Source of the DNA: Syntrophales bacterium
GTDB lineage: Bacteria > Desulfobacterota > Syntrophia > Syntrophales > PHBD01
DNA length: 64,000 nucleotides
Direction: 5' to 3'
Assembly (NCBI GenBank): GCA_963668175.1
Contig: OY764159.1
Coordinates: forward strand, 1,728,001-1,792,000
In this document: piece after piece, positions 50,173 through 60,352 of the stretch
How the letters are laid out: each line of letters starts with the position of its first letter
Numbering within the stretch: the stretch's first letter is position 1
Position numbers and translations under genes: made by a program
The notes under the pieces: model-generated
Database searches by the model: none
What the model was told of the DNA's origin: nothing
The model's input: the letters and a program-made list of their open reading frames with translations, nothing else

Positions 50173-51156
50173 GTGAAAACCTATGACCGCAACTTACTGG
50201 TTCTTCTTTATACGAAAATGATCGGCATCCGACTGTTTGAAGAGAAAGTGGGGGAATTGTTTTTGGCGGGCGACCTTCCCGGGTTCGTTCATCTCTATAT
50301 CGGCGAGGAGGCCGTGGCCGTGGGGATTTGTGCGAACCTGGATGACGACGATTATATCACCAGCACCCATCGCGGGCATGGCCATTGTATCGCGAAGGGC
50401 GCTGACCCGGCACAAATGATGGCGGAAATTTTCGGCAAGAAAACGGGTTATTGCCGGGGTAAGGGCGGTTCGATGCACATTGCCGATTTCAAAATCGGCA
50501 TGCTCGGCGCCAACGGCGTCGTGGGCGGCGGGTTCAATATCGCCGTGGGGGCGGCCCTGGCGGCGAAAATGCGAAAGTCGCGGCAGGTATCGGTCTGCTT
50601 CTTCGGCGACGGCGCTTCCAACAGGGGCACTTTTCACGAAAGTATGAACATGGCGGCCGTCTGGGAATTGCCGGTCGTTTTTGTGTGCGAAAACAACCAA
50701 TGGGCTTCGACGACGCCCTATCGCTCGACGACATCGGTCGAGGATATCGCCTGCAGGGCCGCGGCCTACGGCATACCGGGCGTCGTCGTGGAGAAGGGCA
50801 ACGACGTATTCAAGGTCTACGAAGCGGCCAGAGACGTCGTAGAGCGGGTCCGTCGGGGAGAAGGCCCCATCCTGATGGAAGTGAAGACATATCGGATCAA
50901 GGGCCACTTTGTCGGCGATCCGGAACTATACCGCGACAAGAAGGAAGTGGAGGAGATCTTCCGGTCGGACGATCCCGTCCGCAATTTTACGGAAACGGTA
51001 TTGAAGAATGGCTGGCTCAAACAGAAAGAACTCGACGCGATCCAGGCCGAAACAATGCAGATTCTGGAACAGGCGATTGAAAACGCCCGACGGGACCCTT
51101 ATCCGGAAGATCATGAGCTTTATGCCGGCCTCTATGTAGAAAGCGAGGTTAACTGA
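50173..51156 (+). CDS. acoA: TPP-dependent acetoin/2-oxoacid dehydrogenase E1 alpha (AcoA-like)
   Basis: PGFVHLYIGEEA, STHRGHGH, GKGGSMH, GDGASNRG...ENN TPP motif; AAGGAGG RBS and GTG start. Confidence 0.85.
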   Translation: MKTYDRNLLVLLYTKMIGIRLFEEKVGELFLAGDLPGFVHLYIGEEAVAVGICANLDDDDYITSTHRGHGHCIAKGADPAQMMAEIFGKKTGYCRGKGGSMHIADFKIGMLGANGVVGGGFNIAVGAALAAKMRKSRQVSVCFFGDGASNRGTFHESMNMAAVWELPVVFVCENNQWASTTPYRSTTSVEDIACRAAAYGIPGVVVEKGNDVFKVYEAARDVVERVRRGEGPILMEVKTYRIKGHFVGDPELYRDKKEVEEIFRSDDPVRNFTETVLKNGWLKQKELDAIQAETMQILEQAIENARRDPYPEDHELYAGLYVESEVN

Positions 51157-51159
51157 CTT

Positions 51160-52134
51160 ATGCGGGAGATTACCTTTTCGGAAGCGACCCTGGAAGCGAT
51201 GACCGAGGAGATGCAGCACGACGACCGGGTATTCATCATGGGGGAAGACATCGCGCGGCAGGGCGGCATCTTCGGGCAGTTTAAGGGGCTTCCCCAGAAG
51301 TTCGGCTGCAATCGTGTGATGGACACGCCGATCTCCGAGACGGCCATCGTCGGCGCCGGAATCGGCGCGGCCATGGCCGGCATGAGGCCGGTCATCGACA
51401 TGCACTTTGTGGATTTTATCACCGTCGCCATGGACGAAGTTGTCAACCAGATGGCCAAGATCCCGTTTATGTTCGGCGGTCAGTGCAGGCTTCCCCTCGT
51501 GCTCAGGGCTCCCGACGGCATCATCAGGTCGGCGGCCGCCCAGCATTCGCAGAGTTTGGAGGCGTGGTTTCTCCATGTGCCCGGCCTGAAGGTTGTCATT
51601 CCGTCAAGTCCGGCCGACGCCAAGGGCTTGCTGAAGGCGGCGATCCGAGACGACAACCCGGTTCTGTATTTCGAGCACAAGGTCTTGTTCGCCATGCGGG
51701 GACCCGTACCCGAGGGAGAGCACATCACGCCGATCGGCAAGGCCAATGTCGTGAAGGAGGGGAGGGACGTCACGATCGTATCTTACTCCCTGATGCTCCA
51801 GCGCGTGCTGGAAGCGGAGAAGACATTGTCCTCCCGGGGAATCGATGCGGAAGTTATCGACTTAAGGACGATATCGCCCATCGACAAGGAGACGATATTC
51901 AAATCCATTGCCAAGACCAAGCGCCTGGTCATCGTCCACGAGGCTGTCAAAACCGGCGGCGTCGGGGCCGAAATCGCCGCCCTTGTTTCCGAAGAAGCAC
52001 TGGACTGCCTCGATGCACCCATCAAGCGCATAGGTGCCCCGTCCGTGCCGATACCGTTCAGCCCGCCGTTGGAGAAGCTGGTCAAAATCCACCCCGAGGA
52101 CATCGCGATGTCGGCCGCTGAAATATGCGGATGA
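51160..52134 (+). CDS. acoB: E1 beta subunit (AcoB-like)
   Basis: MGEDI, DTPISE, AAQHSQ, FEHK, IDLRTI.P.D. Confidence 0.85.
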   Translation: MREITFSEATLEAMTEEMQHDDRVFIMGEDIARQGGIFGQFKGLPQKFGCNRVMDTPISETAIVGAGIGAAMAGMRPVIDMHFVDFITVAMDEVVNQMAKIPFMFGGQCRLPLVLRAPDGIIRSAAAQHSQSLEAWFLHVPGLKVVIPSSPADAKGLLKAAIRDDNPVLYFEHKVLFAMRGPVPEGEHITPIGKANVVKEGRDVTIVSYSLMLQRVLEAEKTLSSRGIDAEVIDLRTISPIDKETIFKSIAKTKRLVIVHEAVKTGGVGAEIAALVSEEALDCLDAPIKRIGAPSVPIPFSPPLEKLVKIHPEDIAMSAAEICG

Positions 52135-52231
52135 CGGAAAGTCAGGCGGGATGAAAAGGAAGAAAAGAGAGAGGATCGATAGGAAGGATCTGAAATATCA
52201 AAACAGCCGAAATCTTGAAGGAGGGTTGAAG

Positions 52232-53563
52232 ATGTCAAATTCCACTATTTCCGCGGATGCGGTAAATGGCGCCGTTGCCGTTGAAGGGCTGGAACAGCGC
52301 GTCATTAAGAAGGTCTTCTGGCACATTATCCCGTTCCTGTTTTTGTTGTATATCGTTGCCTTTCTGGATCGGGTGAATGTCGGGTTCGCAGCCCTGTCCA
52401 TGAATAAGGACCTGGGATTCAGCAATGCCGTGTACGGGCTGGGTGCCGGGATATTTTTCATCGGCTATTTCATCATGGAGATACCGGGCAACCTGATCAT
52501 GGCCAAAGTGGGCGCCCGGATCTGGATTGCGCGGATTCTCATCACCTGGGGTTTGATTTCCGGCGCCACGGCATTCGTGAGCACCCCCACGCAATTCTAT
52601 ATCGTCCGCTTCCTCCTGGGGATTGCGGAAGCGAGTTTCTTCCCGGGCATCATCTACTATCTGAGCACGTGGTATCGTCAGAAAGACCAGGCCAAAGCGG
52701 TGGCCCTGTTCATGATGTCCCTTCCCATCTGCAATATCGTGGCCGCTCCGGTCTCCTCCTATCTCATCGGCATCAGCTGGATGGACTGGGCGGGGTGGAA
52801 GTGGCTGTTCATCCTGGAGGCCGCGCCGTCCGTCATCCTTGGAATCTTGACGCCGTTCTACCTGACCGACAAACCGGAACAGGCGAAGTGGCTGGACAAG
52901 GAGGAAAAGGGCTGGCTGACGGGGGTTCTGGCCGAGGAAAAATCCGCCATCGTCAAGAAAAAGCATTACACGCTTCTGCAGGCTTTTACGGATAAGGATG
53001 TCCTGGTCCTGTCAGGGATATACTTCGCGTGGGTCTGCGGTTTCTACGGTGTTACCATGTTCCTGCCCATCCTCGTCAAGGCGCTGTCGGCAAAAATCAG
53101 CAATCAGATGGTCGGTTTCCTTGTCGCCGTGCCGTATATCGGAGCTTTTTTAAGCATGTACTTCATCAGCCGCCATTCGGACCGGACCAAGGAGAGACGT
53201 TACCACACGATCCTGAGCCTCCTCGTCGGCGCAATCGGCCTGGCCGGAAGCGTCTACCTGGCCAACATCAGCGTTTTCGTTTCCATGGTCTTCTTCACGA
53301 TTGCCGTGATGGGCATCTACGGCGCTTTCGGTCCCTTCTGGTCCATTCCGCCATCCTTCCTGACCGCTTCCGTTGCCGCCGGGGCCATCGCCATGATCAA
53401 CAGCATCGGGAATCTCGGCGGCTTCGTCGGCCCGTACGCGATGGGGTATATCCGGGAGGCCACGGGATCGTTCAACGGCGGGGTCATGTTCCTGGTGGCT
53501 TGTCTGGTTTTTGCGTCGTTACTTGTGCTGACGCTGCGAAAAGCGAAGACGGCCGAATCGTGA
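52232..53563 (+). CDS. MFS transporter (tartrate/TtuB-like organic acid permease)
   Basis: AFLDRVNVGFAAL, GAGIFFIGY..EIPGN, ARILITWG, INSIGNLGGFVGP. Confidence 0.9.
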   Translation: MSNSTISADAVNGAVAVEGLEQRVIKKVFWHIIPFLFLLYIVAFLDRVNVGFAALSMNKDLGFSNAVYGLGAGIFFIGYFIMEIPGNLIMAKVGARIWIARILITWGLISGATAFVSTPTQFYIVRFLLGIAEASFFPGIIYYLSTWYRQKDQAKAVALFMMSLPICNIVAAPVSSYLIGISWMDWAGWKWLFILEAAPSVILGILTPFYLTDKPEQAKWLDKEEKGWLTGVLAEEKSAIVKKKHYTLLQAFTDKDVLVLSGIYFAWVCGFYGVTMFLPILVKALSAKISNQMVGFLVAVPYIGAFLSMYFISRHSDRTKERRYHTILSLLVGAIGLAGSVYLANISVFVSMVFFTIAVMGIYGAFGPFWSIPPSFLTASVAAGAIAMINSIGNLGGFVGPYAMGYIREATGSFNGGVMFLVACLVFASLLVLTLRKAKTAES

Positions 53564-53644
53564 AAGCGAGCGAGGAAAAGGGCGGGAAGATTCAGGAGCA
53601 GGGCATACAAACGATCAATAAACTCAAGCGAAGGAGACTCGAAA

Positions 53645-54643
53645 ATGGCAACAAAAATGTATTATGAAAAAGACGCGGATATCACCTTGCTGAAAGATAA
53701 GATCATCGCCATTATCGGCTACGGCAGCCAGGGACATGCTCAGGCACAGAATCTCAGGGACAGCGGCGCGAACGTCGTCGTGGCGGAATTGGCGGGATCC
53801 GAGAATTATCAGCTGGCCGTAAAAGACGGCTTCAAGCCCGTAACCGCCGCGGAAGCGGCCGAGAAGGCGGACATCATCCAGATGCTGGCGCCCGATCAGG
53901 CCCAGGCATCCATCTACCGCACGGCGGTCGAGAAAAATCTGAAAGCCGGGAAAGCCCTGGTCTTCTCGCACGGCTTCAATATTCACTACGGGCAGATCGT
54001 TCCCCCTAAAGATATCGATGTATTCATGATCGCCCCCAAAGCGCCGGGACACCTGGTCAGACGGGTGTTCACCGAGGGGAGCGGCGTTCCGTGCCTTGTG
54101 GCGGTGTTTCAAGATCATTCCGGCAAGGCGAAGGAATGCGCCCTCGCCTACGGCAAGGGTATAGGCGGAACGCGGGCCGGTATCATCGAAACCACCTTTG
54201 CCGAGGAGACGGAGACCGATCTGTTCGGCGAGCAGTGCGTGATCTGCGGCGGCGTGACCGCGCTGGTCAATGCCGGTTTTGAAACACTCGTAGCCGCCGG
54301 TTATCAGCCGGAAATCGCCTATTTCGAATGTCTCCACGAACTCAAGCTCATCGTGGACCTCATGTACGAAGGCGGCATGGCGAGGATGCGCTACTCCATC
54401 AGCGACACCGCGGAATACGGAGACATGACGCGCGGACCGCGCATCATCACGGAAGAAACGCGAAAAGAGATGGCGCGCATCCTGGGGGATATCCAAACCG
54501 GCAAATTCGCGACGGAGTGGATTTTGGAAAACCAGGCGGGCTGCGCCGGTTTCAAGGCGTTGCGCAGGATAAACGCCGAGATGCTGATTGAAAAAGTCGG
54601 GGCAGGGCTCCGGGGCATGATGACCTGGTTGAAGAAAAAGTAG
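53645..54643 (+). CDS. ilvC: Ketol-acid reductoisomerase (class I)
   Basis: [51 protein letters not shown]. Confidence 0.95.
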   Translation: MATKMYYEKDADITLLKDKIIAIIGYGSQGHAQAQNLRDSGANVVVAELAGSENYQLAVKDGFKPVTAAEAAEKADIIQMLAPDQAQASIYRTAVEKNLKAGKALVFSHGFNIHYGQIVPPKDIDVFMIAPKAPGHLVRRVFTEGSGVPCLVAVFQDHSGKAKECALAYGKGIGGTRAGIIETTFAEETETDLFGEQCVICGGVTALVNAGFETLVAAGYQPEIAYFECLHELKLIVDLMYEGGMARMRYSISDTAEYGDMTRGPRIITEETRKEMARILGDIQTGKFATEWILENQAGCAGFKALRRINAEMLIEKVGAGLRGMMTWLKKK

Positions 54644-54692
54644 GCTTCGCCGGGCCGGGAATTCTATGCACTTGAGGGTTGGAAAGGAGAAA

Positions 54693-56030
54693 ATGATTAT
54701 GGGGGATTCGCTGGAAGACGCTGTGGCGGCAACGGGGGTAGGGGTCGCCGACGTCGCCGAGAGCGCAAGGAGAAAGGCCTATATCAACATTGTCCTGCCT
54801 CTCTTTCTCACGTCGGTTATCGCCTATATCGATCGCGTGAACATCGGCTATGCAGCCTTGACGATGAACAAGGATCTGGGCTTTACGGCGCAGATGTTCG
54901 GCATGGGGGCGGGGATCTTTTTCGCGGGGTATATCCTGTTTGAGATTCCCGGGGCGCTGATCGCCGAGAAGTACAGCCCGAAGGTTTGGCTGGCGCGGAT
55001 CATGATTACGTGGGGGCTGGTTTCCGGTTTGATGGCCCTGATGACGACCGCGTGGCAGTTCTATCTCATTCGCTTTCTTCTGGGGGCGGCCGAAGCCAGC
55101 CTGTATCCCGTGATTTATGCGTCGTGCGTCCCGCGCTGGTTCAGCGCCAAGGATCGGGCGCGTGCCATAGCATTGCTCCTGACGTCCCTGCAGATCTCCG
55201 GCATCGTCGGAGCGCCGCTGGCCGGATGGCTGATCGGAGTGCCGCTTTTCGGGCTGAAAGGCTGGCAGGGCCTGTTTATCCTGGAAGCCATACCGGCGGT
55301 CCTGTTTGGCTTTGTGATTATTTACTGGATGGCGGACTGGCCGGAAAAGGCGAAATGGCTGACGGACGACGAAAAGAAATTCCTTACGGAGCAGTACGAG
55401 AGGGAAGTGGCGGCCAAGAAGGCCGTCAGGAACTATTCCGTGTGGGAAGCCTTTTCCAATCCGGAAGTCCTGAAACTCTGCCTTGCCTATTTCCTCTGGA
55501 TCACCGGATTCTGGGGTTTCAACTACTGGATGCCCACCGTGCTCAAGGGCGTATCCGGCTGGTCGAACCTGGCGATCGGCTGGCTCGTCGTGATACCGAT
55601 GGCTTGTTCCCTTCTTTTCATGCTTTACATCGGGCATTCGTCGTCGAAAACGGGTGAAAAAAGATGGCACGGGGCCATCGGCTTGTTCATCGGCGCCGTC
55701 GGCATGGGCATCGGGGTGTTTATTAAAGATCCATGGATCAGCTTCTTCTTTGTCGTCCTGGCCGGCATCGGCGTGTATGCGCCCTTCGGCGTCTGGTGGT
55801 CCTACCCGACGACTTTTCTTTCCGGGACCGCCGCAGCCGGCGCCATCGGCCTCATCAACTCCTGCGGGAACGTGGGCGGGTTCGTGGGACCCTATATCAC
55901 CGGCTACATCAAGGATGCGACGGGTTCGTTTGTCGGGGCGTGGGTGTACCTGGCCTGTTCGCTGACACTGGGCGCTCTTCTGATCCTGACGTTCAGGAAG
56001 CAGCCTACGGATAGTCTCAAGACGGATTAG
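54693..56030 (+). CDS. MFS transporter (TtuB-like; paralog of 52232-53563)
   Basis: AYIDRVNIGYAAL, GAGIFFAGY..EIPG, INSCGNVGGFVGP. Confidence 0.9.
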   Translation: MIMGDSLEDAVAATGVGVADVAESARRKAYINIVLPLFLTSVIAYIDRVNIGYAALTMNKDLGFTAQMFGMGAGIFFAGYILFEIPGALIAEKYSPKVWLARIMITWGLVSGLMALMTTAWQFYLIRFLLGAAEASLYPVIYASCVPRWFSAKDRARAIALLLTSLQISGIVGAPLAGWLIGVPLFGLKGWQGLFILEAIPAVLFGFVIIYWMADWPEKAKWLTDDEKKFLTEQYEREVAAKKAVRNYSVWEAFSNPEVLKLCLAYFLWITGFWGFNYWMPTVLKGVSGWSNLAIGWLVVIPMACSLLFMLYIGHSSSKTGEKRWHGAIGLFIGAVGMGIGVFIKDPWISFFFVVLAGIGVYAPFGVWWSYPTTFLSGTAAAGAIGLINSCGNVGGFVGPYITGYIKDATGSFVGAWVYLACSLTLGALLILTFRKQPTDSLKTD

Positions 56031-56163
56031 CTGCTTGCGGAGACGGTTTGTATGGAAAACGGCCGGATGAAACGCGCCTGTTCTCTTCATCCGGCCGATG
56101 ACAATGTGCCGTCAGGAACTGTATTCTCATATGCCGTTTCCGATAATATCCCGACCGACGGCA

Positions 56164-56895
56164 ATGAACTTAAGGGGAAGACTGTACGTGAGCAGTGCGC
56201 CGGAATGGCAGTATGACGAAAGTAAGTTCCCCGGTATCGACTACGCACGGGACGAGGTTGTCGCCGCTTACGATTGCCTCCATAAAAAATTCCGGGACTA
56301 TGCGAAGGCGGCCGACGAGATCGTTCGCCGTCTTGGTCTTGGCGCCGGCAGCACGGTGATCGATTTCGGTTCGGGTACGGGGGCCTTCGCCTTGCATGCG
56401 GCCAAAGTATGCCGAACGGTTTATGCCGTCGATATCTCGGCGGCAATGATCGAATACTGCCGCCGGCGGGCAGCGGAGCTGGGACTGACGAACATCGTGT
56501 TCCGCCATGGCGGTTTGCTGTCATACGAACACAAGGCCGAGGCGGCCGATGCGGCGGTGTGCGTGGCCGTGCTTCATCACCTGCCGGATTTCTGGAAGGC
56601 GGCCGCCCTCAGCCGCTGCCGGGACGCGCTGAAGCCGGGGGGAAAACTTTTGCTCTTCGATATCGTTTTCCCCTCCGGAGAAGCCGATCTGACGCAAGAG
56701 ATCGACGGCTGGATATCGTATCTCAATACACTGGCCGATGCGCGCTTGGCGGAGGAAGCGGCGATCCATGTCCGGGAAGAGTTCAGCACATATGACTGGA
56801 TCATGGAAGGCATGATCCGAAGAAGCGGTTTCCATATCGATTCGGCGGAGTATGCAGCCGGCTTTGCGGCGACCTATATCTGTACAAATAAATAA
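56164..56895 (+). CDS. Class I SAM-dependent methyltransferase (start uncertain, possibly GTG 56188)
   Basis: VIDFGSGTG, YAVDIS, VLHHLPD, LKPGG. Confidence 0.85.
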   Translation: MNLRGRLYVSSAPEWQYDESKFPGIDYARDEVVAAYDCLHKKFRDYAKAADEIVRRLGLGAGSTVIDFGSGTGAFALHAAKVCRTVYAVDISAAMIEYCRRRAAELGLTNIVFRHGGLLSYEHKAEAADAAVCVAVLHHLPDFWKAAALSRCRDALKPGGKLLLFDIVFPSGEADLTQEIDGWISYLNTLADARLAEEAAIHVREEFSTYDWIMEGMIRRSGFHIDSAEYAAGFAATYICTNK

Positions 56896-56957
56896 TGGAG
56901 GCGGAAGGCGGGCGGCCGTTCGGCGCGTGCCTTCCTGCAGCGGAAGGAGTGTGGAAC

Positions 56958-58217
56958 ATGGCGGTGAACGTCATCATGCCTCAACTGGGTCTGACGATGA
57001 CCGAGGGCATGGTTACCAAGTGGCATAAGGCGGCCGGCGAAAAGATTGCGAAGGGCGAAGTCCTGGTGGAGATCATGACCGAAAAGATTACCCAGCAGAT
57101 TGAATCGCCCGCAGACGGCGTCGTTTTGGCCATTCTGGTTCCGGAAGGGGCAACAGTGCCGGTCAAAGCTTTATTGGCCGTCATCGGCGAAGAAGGAGAA
57201 CGGGTGGATCATACTGCGCCCACCGGAAATAATGAAGACGAAGGGCCGAACGGGCAATCGAATGTCGCTGCCGTCAAGGCGTCGCCGGCGGCCAAAAAAC
57301 TGGCCCGCGAAAGCGGTGTCGATCTGACGCTGGTGACAAGTACGGGCAGCGGCGGGCGGCTGACGGAAAAGGATGTGCTGCGGTACCTGGACGGGCAGAA
57401 AAAGAAAATTCGTGCAACGCCCCTGGCGGCGAAAATCGCCGTAGAACAGAACATCGATCTGTCCGGGATAAGCAAGGAAGGCAGAATCGCCAAAGCGGAC
57501 GTATTGGCGGCAGTCGCGAAAGCGGAAGGCCCGTCACCCGGGGCGGAGGAGGCGTCATCCGTGCCCCTCGCCGGGACGCGGAAAATAATTGCAGACCGGA
57601 TGAGTTTGAGCTGGCATACGGCGCCGCATGTGAATCTGACCGTGTCGGTTGACATGTCGTCCGTCGTCGGTCTGAATAGGAACACCAAAGCCGAGAAGAA
57701 ATTTTCCGTTACGGAAATGATGGTCGCCGTTGCCGCCCGGGCATTGTCCGAATACGGCGACATCAATGCCAGTCTCGTGGACGGCAAGGTGATGCGGTAC
57801 AAGACCGTCAATATCGGTGTGGCCGTCGCCCTCGATAAGGGATTGATCGTCCCGGTCATCAGGGATGCCCAGAGAAAAGGCTTGCCCGCGATCCGGAGGG
57901 AAATCGCCGATCTCGCCGCCAGGGCGCGGCAGGGGGGCTTGCTGCCCGAGGAAGTGACCGGCGGGACGTTCACGATAACCAATCTCGGCATGTTCGGCGT
58001 GGACCATTTCGCCCCGATCATCAATCCGCCGGAAAGCGCCATCCTGGCCGTGTGCCGCGTCGTCGACCGGCCGGTGGTCGTGGACGGCGCCGTCGAAATC
58101 CGGCCGATGGCGAACCTGTGCCTGTCCTTCGATCACCGTCTGATCGACGGCGCTCTGGCCGCCAGGTTCATGGCGCACGTCCGCGAATTGATGGAACAGC
58201 CGCTGTTGCTGCTCTAG
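56958..58217 (+). CDS. Dihydrolipoamide acyltransferase E2 (AcoC-like)
   Basis: Lipoyl domain EIMTEKI, two E3-binding repeats (ASPAAKKLA, ATPLAAKIA), TFTITNLG, SFDHRLIDG. Confidence 0.92.
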   Translation: MAVNVIMPQLGLTMTEGMVTKWHKAAGEKIAKGEVLVEIMTEKITQQIESPADGVVLAILVPEGATVPVKALLAVIGEEGERVDHTAPTGNNEDEGPNGQSNVAAVKASPAAKKLARESGVDLTLVTSTGSGGRLTEKDVLRYLDGQKKKIRATPLAAKIAVEQNIDLSGISKEGRIAKADVLAAVAKAEGPSPGAEEASSVPLAGTRKIIADRMSLSWHTAPHVNLTVSVDMSSVVGLNRNTKAEKKFSVTEMMVAVAARALSEYGDINASLVDGKVMRYKTVNIGVAVALDKGLIVPVIRDAQRKGLPAIRREIADLAARARQGGLLPEEVTGGTFTITNLGMFGVDHFAPIINPPESAILAVCRVVDRPVVVDGAVEIRPMANLCLSFDHRLIDGALAARFMAHVRELMEQPLLLL

Positions 58218-58269
58218 GCCGATGAAGGAACATATCCTGCGATCGGTAATAAAATGATGAGGTAGGCGA

Positions 58270-59670
58270 ATGAAAAGAGTCGTCGTCATAGGCGGAGGCC
58301 CTGCGGGCTACGTGTCGGCCATCCGCGCCGCGCAACTGGGGGCGGAAGTCCATCTGGTGGAAAACGGCCGGTTGGGCGGCACATGTCTGAATGTCGGCTG
58401 TATTCCCACCAAGGTGCTGCTCCATTCGGCCGATCTGTACCGCCTGGTCAGGTGCGGTAAAATTGCCGGTCTGAGTGCGGAAAAAGCGGATATGGACTGG
58501 CCGGAATTGCTGCGCCACAAGCAGGCGGTAATCGCCCGATTGGTCGGGGGCGTCGAAGGCTTGTTGAAGGCGAACAAGGTCGAGGTCCATCGGGGCCTCG
58601 CTTCCCTCATGGACGGCCGCACGGTGGAGATCGAGAACGTCCGGCCGCAGAGGCTGACCGCCGATGCCGTTGTCCTGGCAATGGGATCGGTGCCGCTCAA
58701 GTTGCATTTTCCCGGAGCCGATCTGCCCGAGGTGATAGACAGTACGGCAGCGCTGGAACTGCGGCATGTGCCGAGCTCGCTGGTCATCATCGGCGGCGGC
58801 GTCTTGGGCGTGGAGTTCGGGGCCCTGTTCAGCGCCTTGGGCTCCCAAGTCACGATCGTCGAAATGCTTCCGGAAATTCTGCCCGGGCTGGACAGGAAGA
58901 TTGCCGCCGCCGTGAAGCGGGAGATGGAAGGCCGCGGCATCAGCTTCCTCACCGGCAGCCGGGTTGCCGGTGTAAGTAAGGGTTCCACAGGCCTGACGGT
59001 CAAGGCCGTTGGGGGCGATACCGCTCGTGATCTGTCCGCCGATTATGTGCTGGTGGCGGCAGGTAGAGTGCCCGCAACGGAATATATCGGCCTGGAAAAG
59101 GCGGGCATAGAAATGCGTGGTGCAAAGATCGCCGTAGACGAAAATTTCCGTACCAATGTCCCTGGTATTTATGCCGCGGGCGACTGCAACGGTGAACTCA
59201 TGCTGGCTCATGCGGCTTCCGCCCAGGGGATCGCAGCCGTGGAGCATGCACTGACGGGGCATGCTTCCTATCATAAAAACACCATCCCGTCCTGCATCTA
59301 TACTTCCCCGGAAGTCGCCTCCGTGGGATGGACAGAAGAAGAGGCGGATCGTCAGGGATTGCAATATAAAGCCGGCGTCTTTCCGCTGGCGGCGAACGGA
59401 AAGGCCTGCATAGAAGACGGTTCGTCGGGACTCATCAAGATCGTGGCCGGGGCCAGGTACGGCGAAATTCTCGGGGTGCATATTTACGGTCCCCGTGCCA
59501 CGGAGCTGATCGCCGAGGCGGCTTTGGCCATCCGCCTGGAAGCGACGGCGGACGAGCTGGTTTCCACGATTCATCCCCACCCGACGATCAGCGAAGCGCT
59601 GGGGGAGGCGGCGCTTGCGGTGAACGGCAGCAGCATTCATTATTTCCGCAGGCCGTCATCCTTTCAATAG
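58270..59670 (+). CDS. lpdA: Dihydrolipoamide dehydrogenase E3
   Basis: GGGPAGY, GGTCLNVGCIPTK, HPHPTISE. Confidence 0.95.
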   Translation: MKRVVVIGGGPAGYVSAIRAAQLGAEVHLVENGRLGGTCLNVGCIPTKVLLHSADLYRLVRCGKIAGLSAEKADMDWPELLRHKQAVIARLVGGVEGLLKANKVEVHRGLASLMDGRTVEIENVRPQRLTADAVVLAMGSVPLKLHFPGADLPEVIDSTAALELRHVPSSLVIIGGGVLGVEFGALFSALGSQVTIVEMLPEILPGLDRKIAAAVKREMEGRGISFLTGSRVAGVSKGSTGLTVKAVGGDTARDLSADYVLVAAGRVPATEYIGLEKAGIEMRGAKIAVDENFRTNVPGIYAAGDCNGELMLAHAASAQGIAAVEHALTGHASYHKNTIPSCIYTSPEVASVGWTEEEADRQGLQYKAGVFPLAANGKACIEDGSSGLIKIVAGARYGEILGVHIYGPRATELIAEAALAIRLEATADELVSTIHPHPTISEALGEAALAVNGSSIHYFRRPSSFQ

Positions 59671-59677
59671 GTAAACT

Positions 59678-60352
59678 ATGGACGGAAACAACGGCAGGAA
59701 CAGACGATGCGCCTTCCAGCGGGAAGGGGTCGTAACGTACGAGCACGGCCTGGAACTGCAGGAAACCGCGCGCGGTCTGGTGGAGAAGGGTGAGTGGGAC
59801 GGGATTTTGCTCCTGCTTGAGCATGCGCCTGTGATCACCGTCGGGAGCGGCGGCGGCCTGGAGCATCTGCGTACCGATGCGGATACGCTCGCGGGAAGGG
59901 GCATTGCCGTCCTCCGCTCCGAACGGGGCGGTAATATCACCTGTCACAATCCGGGACAGCTCGTCGGCTACCCGGTCCTCAATCTGAGTCTCTGGCGCCG
60001 CGATTTATCCTGGTACAGGGAATCCCTGGAAGAGACGCTGATCAGGACCCTCGCACGTTTTGGAATCGTCTCCGGGCGAAAGGCCCGTTACAACGGCGTG
60101 TGGGTGGAGGACAGTAAAATCGCCGCCATCGGCGTGACGGTCCGGAACTGGATCACGAAGCACGGCTTTGCCCTGAACGTCCAAAACGATCTGGCCTTGT
60201 TTCAGGACATCGTCCCCTGCGGGATTCGCGATTATGGAGTTACAAGTCTGGTCGAAACGGCCGGCAGGCCGATGGGAATGGACGAAACGGCCGCTGCCTT
60301 GGTTGAGGAATTCTCTTTCGTCTTTCGATGCGCCGTAAGGGAATTGCAATGA
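59678..60352 (+). CDS. lipB: Octanoyltransferase
   Basis: LEHAPVIT, RGGNITCHNPGQLVGYP, KIAAIG, HGFALN, IVPCG. Confidence 0.93.
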   Translation: MDGNNGRNRRCAFQREGVVTYEHGLELQETARGLVEKGEWDGILLLLEHAPVITVGSGGGLEHLRTDADTLAGRGIAVLRSERGGNITCHNPGQLVGYPVLNLSLWRRDLSWYRESLEETLIRTLARFGIVSGRKARYNGVWVEDSKIAAIGVTVRNWITKHGFALNVQNDLALFQDIVPCGIRDYGVTSLVETAGRPMGMDETAAALVEEFSFVFRCAVRELQ

